Shown piece by piece: positions 49,269-64,000 of a stretch of DNA of 64,000 bases. Position 1 is the first letter of the stretch; every line of letters starts with the position of its first letter. Origin of the DNA: Vulcanimicrobiota bacterium (GTDB lineage Bacteria; Vulcanimicrobiota; Vulcanimicrobiia; Vulcanimicrobiales; Vulcanimicrobiaceae); the NCBI GenBank assembly GCA_963795855.1, contig CAWCIZ010000003.1, forward strand, positions 576,001-640,000. The letters run 5' to 3'. A model generated the notes under the pieces. The model ran no database searches. It had not been told where the DNA came from and saw nothing but the letters and a program-made list of their open reading frames with translations. A program made the translations under genes and the position numbers.

Positions 49269-49915
49269 TCCGGCGCTCCCGGTTCCGGTTTGCCGATGAC
49301 TTCAGGCTGCGCTTGCTCCACGGCGGTGCCGGCTTCGGCTTCCTCGAGCGCGCGCGCGGTCTTCGACGATTCGACGGTCACGAGCAGCGTGTCCGGCGGC
49401 GTAAGGAGTTTGAAGTTGGGCGGCAGCTGCACGTCTTCGGCGTTGACGTGCTGGTGAATGCCTAAATTCGTCACGTCGATTTCGAAATGATCCGGCAATT
49501 TGTTCGCCGGTCCTTCGACGTCGAGTTCGTGCAGAACGACGTCCATGACGCCGCCGAGATTGCGCACGCCGTCGGCCGTACCGATGGTGACCAGCGGAAT
49601 CTTCGCGTGTACGTTTTCCGTCGCGGATACGCGCTGCAGATCGATGTGGATAGGCTTGCGCGAAACCGGATCGATCTGCACTTCGCGCAGCAGCGCGGTC
49701 TCGAATTTCTTTCCGCCGAGTTTGAGTTCGATCAGGCCGCTGCGCGCGGCGTGATGCAGCAGGTCGCTCAGCGCGCGCTGCTCGACCGCGATCGATTCGC
49801 TCGATCCGTGCCCGTACAAAACGCCCGGGACCTTTCCCGTGTGCCGCAGCGCTCGGGCTTTCCCGGTGCCGCCGCCGTCGCGCCGCTCGATGGTAAGTGA
49901 AAGTTGTTCTGCCAT
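49265..49915 (-). CDS. rplY: 50S ribosomal protein L25/Ctc
   Basis: RALRHTGKVPGVLYG, EVQIDPV..PIHIDL; long Ctc-type C-terminus; lies between prs and pth. Confidence 0.95.
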   Translation of the reverse strand: MAEQLSLTIERRDGGGTGKARALRHTGKVPGVLYGHGSSESIAVEQRALSDLLHHAARSGLIELKLGGKKFETALLREVQIDPVSRKPIHIDLQRVSATENVHAKIPLVTIGTADGVRNLGGVMDVVLHELDVEGPANKLPDHFEIDVTNLGIHQHVNAEDVQLPPNFKLLTPPDTLLVTVESSKTARALEEAEAGTAVEQAQPEVIGKPEPGAPE

Positions 49916-49926
49916 GATCATCCTTA

Positions 49927-50949
49927 TTACGAAACGACGACGGGTTCCGGCGCCGGTGGTGCGTCGCTCACGCTTTTTCCGGGCTCTTCGGTAAAGAGTT
50001 CCGAGACGGACCGGTTGGTCGTGATGCGGTTGATCGCGTCCGCGAACGTTTGCGCGATCGAGAGTTGCGCGAATTTGGGATGCTCGAGAATCGCGTCGGG
50101 GAACGGAATCGTGTTCGTCACGACCACGCGCTCGATGGGCGAATCCTCCAGTACGCGGATCGCATCGCCCGCGAAAATTCCGTGAGACGCGACGGTGTAC
50201 ACGTGCGTCGCGCCGCGCGCGAGAATCGCTTCGGCGGCTTTCGCCAGCGTGCCGCCGGTAGAAATCATATCGTCGACCACAACCGCGACCCTGCCGCGCA
50301 CGTCGCCGACGATATCGGTGACTTCGGAGATGTCCGGCTCGGGGCGTCGCTTGAACACGATGGCGAGCGAGCTGTTCAAACGCTTGGCGAACAGTTCGGC
50401 GCGGTGCACGCCGCCCGCGTCAGGCGAGACCACGACGATGCGATCGTCGCAGAGCCCTTCCTTCTTGAGGTAGTTGCACAGCGTCGGCATCGCCATCAAA
50501 TTGTCGACGGGTCCATCGAAAAAGCCCTGAATCTGCGCCGCATGCAAGTCCATGGTCACCATGCGCTTCGCGCCGGCGACTTTGAGCATGTTCGCGACGA
50601 CCTTTGCGGAAATCGGTTCGCGTCCGGTCGTCTTCTTGTCTTGCTTGGCGTAGCCGTAATACGGCATGACCGCCGTGATGCGTGCCGCGGAGGCGCGCTT
50701 TAGCGCGTCGATCATCAGCAGCAACTCCATCATCGAATCGTTGACGCCGTTCCCGTTCGGCGCCTTGCAGAGCGACTGCACCACGAAAACTTCGGAGCCG
50801 CGCACGTTCTCGCCAATCTGCACGCGCGTTTCCTCGTTCTTGAACTTCGAGACGAGCGCTTTGCCGACGTGCAATTTGAGCCGCTTGGCGATTTCTTCGG
50901 CCAGCTGCTGATTCGAGTTACCGCTAAAAACTAACGGATTGTGGCTCAA
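49927..50949 (-). CDS. prs: Ribose-phosphate pyrophosphokinase
   Basis: [49 protein letters not shown] before TTG at 50949. Confidence 0.96.
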   Translation of the reverse strand: MSHNPLVFSGNSNQQLAEEIAKRLKLHVGKALVSKFKNEETRVQIGENVRGSEVFVVQSLCKAPNGNGVNDSMMELLLMIDALKRASAARITAVMPYYGYAKQDKKTTGREPISAKVVANMLKVAGAKRMVTMDLHAAQIQGFFDGPVDNLMAMPTLCNYLKKEGLCDDRIVVVSPDAGGVHRAELFAKRLNSSLAIVFKRRPEPDISEVTDIVGDVRGRVAVVVDDMISTGGTLAKAAEAILARGATHVYTVASHGIFAGDAIRVLEDSPIERVVVTNTIPFPDAILEHPKFAQLSIAQTFADAINRITTNRSVSELFTEEPGKSVSDAPPAPEPVVVS

Positions 50950-51066
50950 ACGGGAATCTCCAGGGTAAAGGCAGGCTCGGCTCCTGTTCCGGGGCTTCGG
51001 CGCCCAACCCTGGCGCGACGCGGCGCTGCAACCCGGCGAAGCCCCGAGCCTGTCGAAAGGTGTCGA

Positions 51067-53110
51067 ATGCAGAAGTTCGAGCTCGTTGCGCCCTTTGCGC
51101 TCGCCGGCGACCAGCCGAAGGCCACGGAATCCCTGGGCATGGGCGTCTCGCGGGGCGATCGCGCGCAGACGCTGCTCGGCGTCACCGGCAGCGGCAAGAC
51201 GCTGGCGATGGCGCGCGTCGTTGAACTCGTGCAAAAACCGACGCTGGTACTCTGCCACAACAAGACGCTGGCCGCGCAATTGTGCGCCGAGTTCCGCGAA
51301 TTTTTTCCGAACAACGCGGTGGAGTACTTCGTTTCGTACTTCGATTATTATCAGCCGGAAGCGTACATCGCCCACACCGACACCTACATCGAGAAAGACA
51401 GCTCGATCAACGACGAGATCGAGCGCTTGCGGCACTCGACGACGCAGTCGCTCCTCACTCGACGCGACACGCTGATCGTCGCATCCGTTTCGTGCATCTA
51501 CGGTTTGGGCTCGCCGTCCGATTACACCGACATGTCGGTGAAGCTGCGGGTCGGCGAACAGATGGACCGGGATGCCCTGCTGCGCAAACTCGTCGACATG
51601 CAGTACCGCCGCAACGATCTGAACATGGTGCGCGGCACGTTTCGCGTGCGCGGCGACACGCTGGAATACATGGGCGTCGACGAGGAGCTCATCCATCGCA
51701 TCGAATTTTTCGGCGACGAGATCGACGCTATCAACGTGGTCAACATCATGACCGGAGAATACGTCGAGAGCAAGGACGAGCTGCTGATTTTCCCGGCCAA
51801 ACACTTCATCACGCCGGAAGAGAAGCTGCGGCGCGCGGTCGTTTCCATCGAAGAGGAACTCGACGAGCGGCTCAAGCTGTTCAAGGACAACGGCAGGCTG
51901 CTCGAAGCGCAGCGCTTGGAAATGCGCACGCGCTACGACCTCGACATGCTGCGCGAAGTCGGCTATTGCAACGGTATCGAGAACTATTCGCGGCACCTCA
52001 CCGGGCGCGAGCCGGGGTCGACGCCGTGGTGTCTGCTCGACTTCTTCCCGAAGGACTGGCTGCTCTTCGTCGACGAGTCGCACGCCACGCTGCCCCAGGT
52101 GCACGCGATGTACGGCGGCGATCGCTCGCGCAAACTCTCACTGGTGGAGCACGGCTTCCGTTTGCCGAGCGCGCTCGACAACCGTCCGCTCACGTATGAT
52201 GAATTCGACGAGCACGTGAATCAGGTGATTTACGTTTCGGCCACGCCGAGCACGTACGAAATCGGACGCAGCACGCAAGTGGTCGAGATGATCATTCGGC
52301 CGACGGGTCTGGTCGATCCGGAAGTCGACGTGCGTCCCACGCGCAATCAAGTCGACGATCTGATGGAAGAGATCCGTCAGCGCGTAGAGCGCAAGGAGCG
52401 CGTACTGGTCACGACGCTCACGAAGAAGATGGCGGAAGATCTCACCGACTTTCTGATCGAGATGAACTTCAAAGTCCGCTATCTGCACAGCGAGGTGGAC
52501 ACGCTCGAGCGCGTCGCGATTCTGCGCGATTTGCGGCTCGGCGTCTTCGACGTACTGGTCGGCATCAATTTGCTTCGCGAGGGCCTCGATTTGCCGGAAG
52601 TTTCGCTCGTCGGCATTTTGGACGCGGACAAGGAAGGCTATCTGCGCAGCGGCACGTCCCTCATCCAGACGATTGGGCGAGCAGCGCGTCACGTCGAAGG
52701 CAAGGTCATCATGTACGCCGACGCGGTTACCGAATCGATGGCCAAAGCCATCGGTGAAACGCGTCGCAGGCGCGAACTTCAAATGGCTTTCAACCTCGAG
52801 CACGGCATCGAGCCGCGCAGCGTGCGCAAAGAAGTGCGCGACATCCTCAGCATGGTGGGCGCTACCGAAGAGGCGCAAGCCGACATTCGTCGTGAAAAGC
52901 TGCCGCGCGACGTTGCTATGCGCATGGCGTCCGAACTCGAAAAGAAAATGCGGGATTATGCCGCCAACCTCGAGTTCGAGAAAGCCGCCGCACTGCGCGA
53001 CGAACTGATCGAACTGCGCAAGCAGATCGGCGGCAACGAATCGCTGCTCTTCCAAGGCAAGGCGCCGAAGATTTTCGAGCACGCGCTCAAGGAATTGGTG
53101 GGCAGGCTAA
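51067..53110 (+). CDS. uvrB: Excinuclease ABC subunit B (stop probably 53108-53110 after extra base at 53104)
   Basis: [48 protein letters not shown] domain FEKAAALRD. Confidence 0.97.
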
Positions 53111-53128
53111 GAAAAATCGCGAAAACCG

Positions 53129-53512
53129 TTGGCACAGCGCGAGTTTTCGTTCGAGTTTCGAACTTTCGTCAATAAGAACATCACCTCGGTCGAGCAGATC
53201 GAAGTGCTGTTGATTTTGCGCGCCAATCCCGACCGGGTCTGGAACGTGGAAGAGATGAGCTCGATTCTGCGCAGCAGTGCGCAGTCGATCCGGACGAGAC
53301 TCGACTCCTTGACGGCCCGGAAGCTTGCCGAGCAGGTGCCGCCCGGCGGTTTCCGCTACGCGGCTAGCGGACGCTTGAACGACATGGTCGAAATGCTCGC
53401 CGCGGAGTACGCGAGCCGCCGTTTCAGCGTCATCGAGCTCGTATTTACGCGGCCCGATGCGGCGCGTCTGTTTGCGGACGCGTTCCGCATCAAGGAGGAC
53501 GACGAGGAGTAA
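53129..53512 (+). CDS. Conserved-looking hypothetical winged-helix-like protein
   Basis: [26 protein letters not shown] wing, C-terminal FADAFRI; TAATG-coupled to the next gene. Confidence 0.75.
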   Translation: MAQREFSFEFRTFVNKNITSVEQIEVLLILRANPDRVWNVEEMSSILRSSAQSIRTRLDSLTARKLAEQVPPGGFRYAASGRLNDMVEMLAAEYASRRFSVIELVFTRPDAARLFADAFRIKEDDEE

Positions 53513-53781
53513 TGCTTGCCGCCGAAATCGTCTACGTACTCTGCACGCTGACGAGTTTGCTCTGCGCGGCCCTTCTGCAGCGCGGATACAAGCGAAGCGG
53601 TACGCGGCTGCTCATGTGGAGCGCGCTGTGCTTCGTCGGGCTCTTCCTGAACAACGCGATCCTGTTCGTCGACAACATCATCTTGCCGAGCACGATCAAT
53701 CTCTCCATCTGGCGATTGCTGCCGGCACTCATCGGGGTCGCGCTGCTGTGCTACGGCCTGATTGAAGAGGAGACGGCCTGA
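53512..53781 (+). CDS. DUF5985-like 3-TM membrane protein A
   Basis: VYVLCTLTSLLCAALL.RGY...TRLLMWSALCF..L..NN..LFVD; family recalled from memory. Confidence 0.75.
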   Translation: MLAAEIVYVLCTLTSLLCAALLQRGYKRSGTRLLMWSALCFVGLFLNNAILFVDNIILPSTINLSIWRLLPALIGVALLCYGLIEEETA

Positions 53782-54044
53782 TGTACCTCTTCCTGAGCGG
53801 TGCGCTCTCGTTCGGGTTTTTCGCGGCGGCGGTATTCTTTTGGCGGTTTTGGCGGCGCACGAACGACCGCTTCTTCGTCATGTTCGCCGGCGCTTGGGTG
53901 CTGCTGGGCGTCGAGCGTTTCGTGCTCGGCCTGCTCAATCAACCGGAGCAACTCAACCCCGGCATCTACTTCATCCGGCTCTCAGCGTTCGTCCTCATCA
54001 TCGTCGCGATCGTCGACAAAAACCGGTCGCATTCGAACCGCTAA
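53781..54044 (+). CDS. DUF5985-like 3-TM membrane protein B
   Basis: FLSGA...FFWRFWRRTNDRFF..FA.A...YFIRL.AF.LII.AIVDKNR; TGATG coupling. Confidence 0.75.
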   Translation: MYLFLSGALSFGFFAAAVFFWRFWRRTNDRFFVMFAGAWVLLGVERFVLGLLNQPEQLNPGIYFIRLSAFVLIIVAIVDKNRSHSNR

Positions 54045-54045
54045 C

Positions 54046-56523
54046 ATGGGGCTGCATTTGCGCGAACAGCGCCGCGACGACTCGCTCGCCTATTTGACGG
54101 CAACGCTGCCGCCGCAATCGAAAGCGGTTCGTGTATCGTACGCGTCGCGGACGGGTGCGCTGCTCCGGGTTGACGGCGTCACCGCGGGAGCGTACGATCG
54201 CGAGCACCACGACGTTGTGCTGGCGCCGAGCGATCGCGGACGCGAGTTGCAACTTGAAGTCGAACTCGAGGCGCTCCCCACCAACGGACTGCCGTCCGGC
54301 CCCGGAATCATCTGGAAGTATCTCAATGCGCGATCGCGCGAGCGGCCGCGCATGCGGCTGGAAGTGTGCGTTGCGCCGGAAGTGAATGGCGCCCCGCCAT
54401 CGGCTTCCGCGCAGAATGACGGGCGCATCTCGTGTATCGGTCACAGTCACCTCGACGTCGCCTGGCTCTGGACGTACGCCCAAACGCGCCGCAAAGCGGA
54501 GCGCACGTTCGCGATCGCCTGCGACTTGCTCGATCGCAGCGAGTCGTTCGTTTTCGTGCAAAGTCAGCCGCAGCTCTACAAGTTCGTGGAAGAAGCGGAC
54601 GCGGGGTTGTTCCAACGCGTGAAGAGTTACGTCGGCGAAACGCGCTTTGACGCCGACGTTGCGGCGTTCTGGGTCGAAAGCGACTGCAACGTTCCTTCGG
54701 GCGAATCGCTGCTGCGGCAAATGCTTTATGCGAACGCGTATTTCCAAACCCGCTTCGGCAAAACGCCGTCCATTGCGTGGCTCCCCGACACGTTCGGCTT
54801 TGCGAATACGCTTCCGCAACTGCTCGCGCATGCGGGCATCCCGTATTTCGCGACGACCAAACTGAACTGGAACGACACGACGAAGTTTCCGTATCCGCAG
54901 TTCGTATGGGAAGGTCCCGACGGCAGCAGCGTCGTCTCCGCGCTGATTCGGTCGTACGACGGCGGTGCGTACCCGTGGCGCATCCGGACCGCGCGCGAAC
55001 GGCACGAGCCGCTCGTGCTCGGGTACGGCGACGGGGGCGGCGGCGTGACGCCGAAAATGCTGGACCAAGTGCGCGCGTTCGGCGAGTGGATCCATCCGCG
55101 CGCGTGGTTCGATCGGCTCGCCGCCGCCCGCGACGATCTGCCGGTTCATTCCGACGAGCTTTATCTGGAATATCATCGCGGCGTGTACACGACGCATCAC
55201 GACGTCAAATTTCACAACGCGCTGCTCGAACGCGCGCTCGAGGAAGCGGAGGAGCTGCTGGCGTGGTGTGCTGCGGTTCACGCGCCGCGCGCCGCCGTCG
55301 GCCAGTTCATGACGCGCGTGCACGAATGCTGGGAAATGGTTCTGCGCAACCAATTTCACGACGTGCTTCCCGGAACGTCGATCGAGGCGGTCTATCAAGA
55401 CGTTGCTTCCGAGTATACGCGCGCAGAAGAGCTGGTTGCGTCCGTGCTCGGCTCCGCGCAGTCCATGCTGCCGCGCGCGACGGCCGCGCTTCGGTCACCG
55501 CCGCTGGTTTCGCCGAAGCACGATGGCGATGTATACGTCTTCGCGAACGGGTTGCTCGAAGCGCACGTCACGCCGCAAGGCGCGCTCGTGGAATTGCGCG
55601 TTCCCGGCGGACCCAGCGTCTGTTCGCAAGCCAATGTGCTCGCGCTTTATCGCGACAAGCCGCGGCAGTGGGAGGCGTGGAACGTCGATCGCGGCTACGA
55701 TCGCAGGATGCGGCGTGCTGAGCCGGGCGCCGCTCGTATCGAGGGCAACGCGTTGTACGTCGAGTTCCGGCTCGGCGAATCTGCGGCGCGCATGCGCATC
55801 GCGTTACACGAAGGCGAGCCGTTTCTGCGCGTCGATCTCGACGTCGAGTGGAGCGAGCGGCGAACGTTGCTGCGCGTCGAGAATTGGCTGCCGGTCGTGA
55901 GCGATAGCGTCACGTACGGTTCGCCGCACGGCACGGTGACGCGGAGCGCGCTGCACCGCACGCCGGATGAAATTGCGAAGTTCGAGGTTCCCGGGCAACG
56001 GTACGCGCTCGCGCGGGATGCCGGCGGTCGCGGAGTTGCCGTCTTTTCGCTCGACACGTACGGCTGGAGCGCGCGCACGCTCTCGAATGGCGGCGTGCAC
56101 CTCGGGCACTCGCTTTTGCGCGGCACGACGTGGCCCGATCCGCAGGCGGATCTCGGCGAGCACCGTTTTTCATACGCCTTTGCGCCGTTCGACGGCGTGG
56201 GAATCGGTGCGCTCGAACGGGCGTGGCTGCAGTTCGCGCACGAACCGCGCGTACGGCTTTTCACGTGCGCTGACGACGCGGTGCTGGTGACGGCCTGCAA
56301 ACCCGCACATGACGGAAACGGCGTAATCGTGCGCGTGCGCGAATGCGACGGAGCACAGCGCGACGTGTCGCTGCGGTGTGCGGCGCGCATGACTGAAGCG
56401 TCGCCGGCTGACGGGCTGGAGCGGCCTATCGAACGCGCGGTCGGCATCGAGGAAGAAACGCTGCAGTTCACGCTGCGGCCTTACGAATTGCGCACGTTTC
56501 GGGTACGCTTCTCCCATGCGTGA
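54046..56523 (+). CDS. GH38 alpha-mannosidase
   Basis: GHSHLDVAWLW, SGESLLRQ, WLPDTFG, GYGDGGGG, ELYLEYHRG, NQFHDVLPGTSI. Confidence 0.93.
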   Translation: MGLHLREQRRDDSLAYLTATLPPQSKAVRVSYASRTGALLRVDGVTAGAYDREHHDVVLAPSDRGRELQLEVELEALPTNGLPSGPGIIWKYLNARSRERPRMRLEVCVAPEVNGAPPSASAQNDGRISCIGHSHLDVAWLWTYAQTRRKAERTFAIACDLLDRSESFVFVQSQPQLYKFVEEADAGLFQRVKSYVGETRFDADVAAFWVESDCNVPSGESLLRQMLYANAYFQTRFGKTPSIAWLPDTFGFANTLPQLLAHAGIPYFATTKLNWNDTTKFPYPQFVWEGPDGSSVVSALIRSYDGGAYPWRIRTARERHEPLVLGYGDGGGGVTPKMLDQVRAFGEWIHPRAWFDRLAAARDDLPVHSDELYLEYHRGVYTTHHDVKFHNALLERALEEAEELLAWCAAVHAPRAAVGQFMTRVHECWEMVLRNQFHDVLPGTSIEAVYQDVASEYTRAEELVASVLGSAQSMLPRATAALRSPPLVSPKHDGDVYVFANGLLEAHVTPQGALVELRVPGGPSVCSQANVLALYRDKPRQWEAWNVDRGYDRRMRRAEPGAARIEGNALYVEFRLGESAARMRIALHEGEPFLRVDLDVEWSERRTLLRVENWLPVVSDSVTYGSPHGTVTRSALHRTPDEIAKFEVPGQRYALARDAGGRGVAVFSLDTYGWSARTLSNGGVHLGHSLLRGTTWPDPQADLGEHRFSYAFAPFDGVGIGALERAWLQFAHEPRVRLFTCADDAVLVTACKPAHDGNGVIVRVRECDGAQRDVSLRCAARMTEASPADGLERPIERAVGIEEETLQFTLRPYELRTFRVRFSHA

Positions 56524-57250
56524 GATTCGAGCCGTCCTTTTCGATTTGGACGACACGCTGCACGACGACACGTACGCATTCACGACGGCCGCGCAGGAAG
56601 TGGCCGCCGAAGTCGCCGCCGAGCACGGCATCGACGCGCTCGCGCTCAAGCGCGCGTACATCGCTGAAGCAGAGGGATTTTGGCATCGGCTCACGGCCGA
56701 AGAACTGCGCACGAAGCTTTCGCAGTGGCGCAAGACGATGTGGGGAAACGCGCTCCGATCGGTCGGGCTCGAGGACGTGCGCTTGGCGGAAAGCAGCGCG
56801 ACGAAGTACAACGTTTACCGCAAGAAATATTTCGCGCTGTTTCCCGGCGCGCTCGATCTGCTGCGCGAACTCAAAGCGGCGGACATGAAGCTCGGCCTGG
56901 TTACCAACGGTCTTTCCGAAACGCACCGCGAGAAAATCGCGTTGCTGCAAATCGCCGAATACTTCGACGCGATCTTTCTCGCCGACGAAGTCGGCATGGT
57001 CAAGCCCGATCCGCTGCTCTTCGCACACGCTTGCACGAAGCTTCGCACGGCGCCGTCCGAAAGCGCGATGGTCGGCGATCGTTACGAGCGCGACATCGTC
57101 GGCGCGATCGATGCCGGCTTGTTTACCGTTTGGGTCAACGTGCGGAACGAGCGCGTGCCCGCGGGTGCGCGGCCGCCCGACGTTATCGTGAGCAGCATTG
57201 CCGAAGTTGCGTCGCATTTGCTCGGCGAAGCTTCCCGGCATGCGACCTGA
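56516..57250 (+). CDS. HAD-superfamily hydrolase (YjjG/YfnB-like)
   Basis: FDLDDTL, LVTNG, KPDP, MVGDRYERDI. Confidence 0.92.
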   Translation: MREIRAVLFDLDDTLHDDTYAFTTAAQEVAAEVAAEHGIDALALKRAYIAEAEGFWHRLTAEELRTKLSQWRKTMWGNALRSVGLEDVRLAESSATKYNVYRKKYFALFPGALDLLRELKAADMKLGLVTNGLSETHREKIALLQIAEYFDAIFLADEVGMVKPDPLLFAHACTKLRTAPSESAMVGDRYERDIVGAIDAGLFTVWVNVRNERVPAGARPPDVIVSSIAEVASHLLGEASRHAT

Positions 57251-57974
57251 AGCCGGGCTTGCCGCCACGTTATCGCAATCACTGGACTTGCTGCGGCGCA
57301 ACTGGGTGATCGTCGTTCCGTCGATCGTCGTGGGGGTCGCCGGCGCCGCCGCCGCGACCGTGCTTTCGCAGAGCGGCATTTTATCGTGGCGCTTTTTCGG
57401 CGACATGAACGAGCAGGGCCCGGCGGGATTCTGGCTCTTCGTCGGCACGATCGTCGCGATGGGTCTGCGGCTCGTCGCCGCCGTTATCGCGATTGCGTTT
57501 ACCGCCGGAATGGCCGCCGGCGCCTGGACGCAAGGTACGGCGCATTTTCGCGACGGCGCGGCCGCGTTTCGGCGCAACGGCCTGCAAGCGTTTTTCGCCC
57601 TGATTCTGCTTGCGATTCTCGGTCTGGTCGCGGCCGCGCTGTTGGTGCCGACGTTCGGCGTGTCCGTGCTCGCCTATATGATTTTTCTGCTGTACGCGAT
57701 GCCGGGCGTGCTCGTCGGAAACCGGGGCGCCACCGACGCCATCGTCGAGTCCATCGGCCTTGCCTGGCGCAGCTTCGGCGTCACCTTCGTCGTCGTTCTG
57801 CTCGTCATCGCCTTGGCGATCGCCGGCGGCTGGCTCGGCGACTTGCTGGCGCGCCTGCCCTTCCTGGGCGAGCTGCTGGGGTGGATCGTGATGGAGGCGG
57901 TGGTCGCCTACGCCACGCTGGTCGTGGTCGGCGAATATCTGCAGTTGCGCTCCCCGGCTGACCAGGCGCCCTAA
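57240..57974 (+). CDS. Hypothetical multi-pass membrane protein
   Basis: About six hydrophobic helices; paralog of the next gene (NW.I.VP, GMA..AW..G, DGAAAFR, ATLV.VGEY..LRS). Confidence 0.8.
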   Translation: MRPEAGLAATLSQSLDLLRRNWVIVVPSIVVGVAGAAAATVLSQSGILSWRFFGDMNEQGPAGFWLFVGTIVAMGLRLVAAVIAIAFTAGMAAGAWTQGTAHFRDGAAAFRRNGLQAFFALILLAILGLVAAALLVPTFGVSVLAYMIFLLYAMPGVLVGNRGATDAIVESIGLAWRSFGVTFVVVLLVIALAIAGGWLGDLLARLPFLGELLGWIVMEAVVAYATLVVVGEYLQLRSPADQAP

Positions 57975-58028
57975 CCCGCTCGTCCGAATGTTCCCTTCGG
58001 AGCCCGCACTCTTGTTTCGGAGGTTCTT

Positions 58029-58790
58029 ATGCAGTCTTCGGAAGACTTGGGCAACACGTTCACACGCGCGTGGGACCTGCTTTCCACGAACTGGATCATC
58101 ATCGTTCCGGCAATCATCATCGCGGTAATCGCCGGGATCATCATCGCGTTGCTCGGCATGTTCGGAATGGCGTCGGCCGTCGGTTTCGGCAGCCTTGGAA
58201 TGGGCGGTGCCGGCGTGGGTTCGCTCATGCTCACCGGCCTGATCATCGGCATCGTGATGTTGCTCGCGAGCATTTTGACGGTCGCATATACGACCGGCAT
58301 GGCGGACGCGGCATGGCGCACCGGCAGAGTACGCTGGAAGACGGCGCCGCAGCGTTTCGGGAAGACGCCGGATCGATATTGGCGGCCGTTATTCTGCTGG
58401 TCATTCTCGGCATCATTGCCGTTGCGTTGTCGATACCGACGCTCGGTCTGGCGATGCTGGCCTACTGGCTATTCTTCATCTACACGTTTGCAAGCGTCAG
58501 TCGTCGGAAAGCGCAGCGGCACCGAAGCGCTCGGCGAATCCGCACGAATCACGTCCAAGAACTTCCTGATGACGCTCGCGATCGTGGTCTTGCTCGCGAT
58601 CGCATTCATCATCGCGGCTTGGGTGGGCAACGTGCTGCACCACATCCCGTTCCTGGGCGCGATCGTTTCGTACGTCATCAACCAGGTCGTCGCGGCATTT
58701 GCCACGCTCGTGATCGTCGGCGAGTATATCAAACTGCGGTCCGGCGTAGTCGGAGTAGGCACCCCGCCGACCGCTACCCCGCCTGCCTGA
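58029..58790 (+). CDS. Hypothetical multi-pass membrane protein with two compensating indels (~58329, 58499)
   Basis: GGAGG SD. The middle segment [14 protein letters not shown]...FFIYTFASV lies in the 58070 frame and matches the paralog. Confidence 0.8.
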   Translation: MQSSEDLGNTFTRAWDLLSTNWIIIVPAIIIAVIAGIIIALLGMFGMASAVGFGSLGMGGAGVGSLMLTGLIIGIVMLLASILTVAYTTGMADAAWRTGRVRWKTAPQRFGKTPDRYWRPLFCWSFSASLPLRCRYRRSVWRCWPTGYSSSTRLQASVVGKRSGTEALGESARITSKNFLMTLAIVVLLAIAFIIAAWVGNVLHHIPFLGAIVSYVINQVVAAFATLVIVGEYIKLRSGVVGVGTPPTATPPA

Positions 58791-58825
58791 AACATTTTCG
58801 GACGAGCGCGGGTTGAACACTCGGC

Positions 58826-64000
<5,175 letters not shown>

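Noticed and set aside
50950..52104. Apparent 385-aa N-terminal extension of prs
   Set aside because: It is mostly antisense to uvrB; prs homology and an SD begin at TTG 50949.
897..58500. Programmed ribosomal frameshifting or mass pseudogenisation
   Set aside because: No slippery heptamers at the sites, the essential gene infC is affected, and the double-allele pattern points to assembly error.

Overview
A 64-kb, high-GC bacterial chromosome segment. Gene content and style suggest a soil Eremiobacterota/Vulcanimicrobiota-like metagenome assembly; this is inference, not a database result. Housekeeping genes: infC-rpmI-rplT with an L20-type leader, rocD, tag, pstS, aceA-aceB, uppS, gltX, glmU, prs-rplY-pth, uvrB, uvrA, ligA. 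It also holds a B12-dependent isobutyryl-CoA-mutase-type locus (meaB, icmA, an unannotated 52-aa ORF, icmB), many proteases (M61, tricorn, two S53/S8), two alpha-mannosidases and signalling genes. I saw no transposase, prophage, CRISPR array, rRNA or tRNA. About ten genes are broken by single-base indels. Most look like two strain alleles written side by side at a codon third position, so they are probably consensus artefacts. Best leads: (1) a TPR/ATP-grasp + PLP decarboxylase + MalT/LuxR + repeat-bearing protease cluster; (2) a translationally coupled winged-helix + two DUF5985-like membrane protein module after uvrB; (3) the small ORF and two structured RNAs of the icm operon; (4) an Arg-rich leader ORF before rocD; (5) four apparently inactive enzyme homologs.
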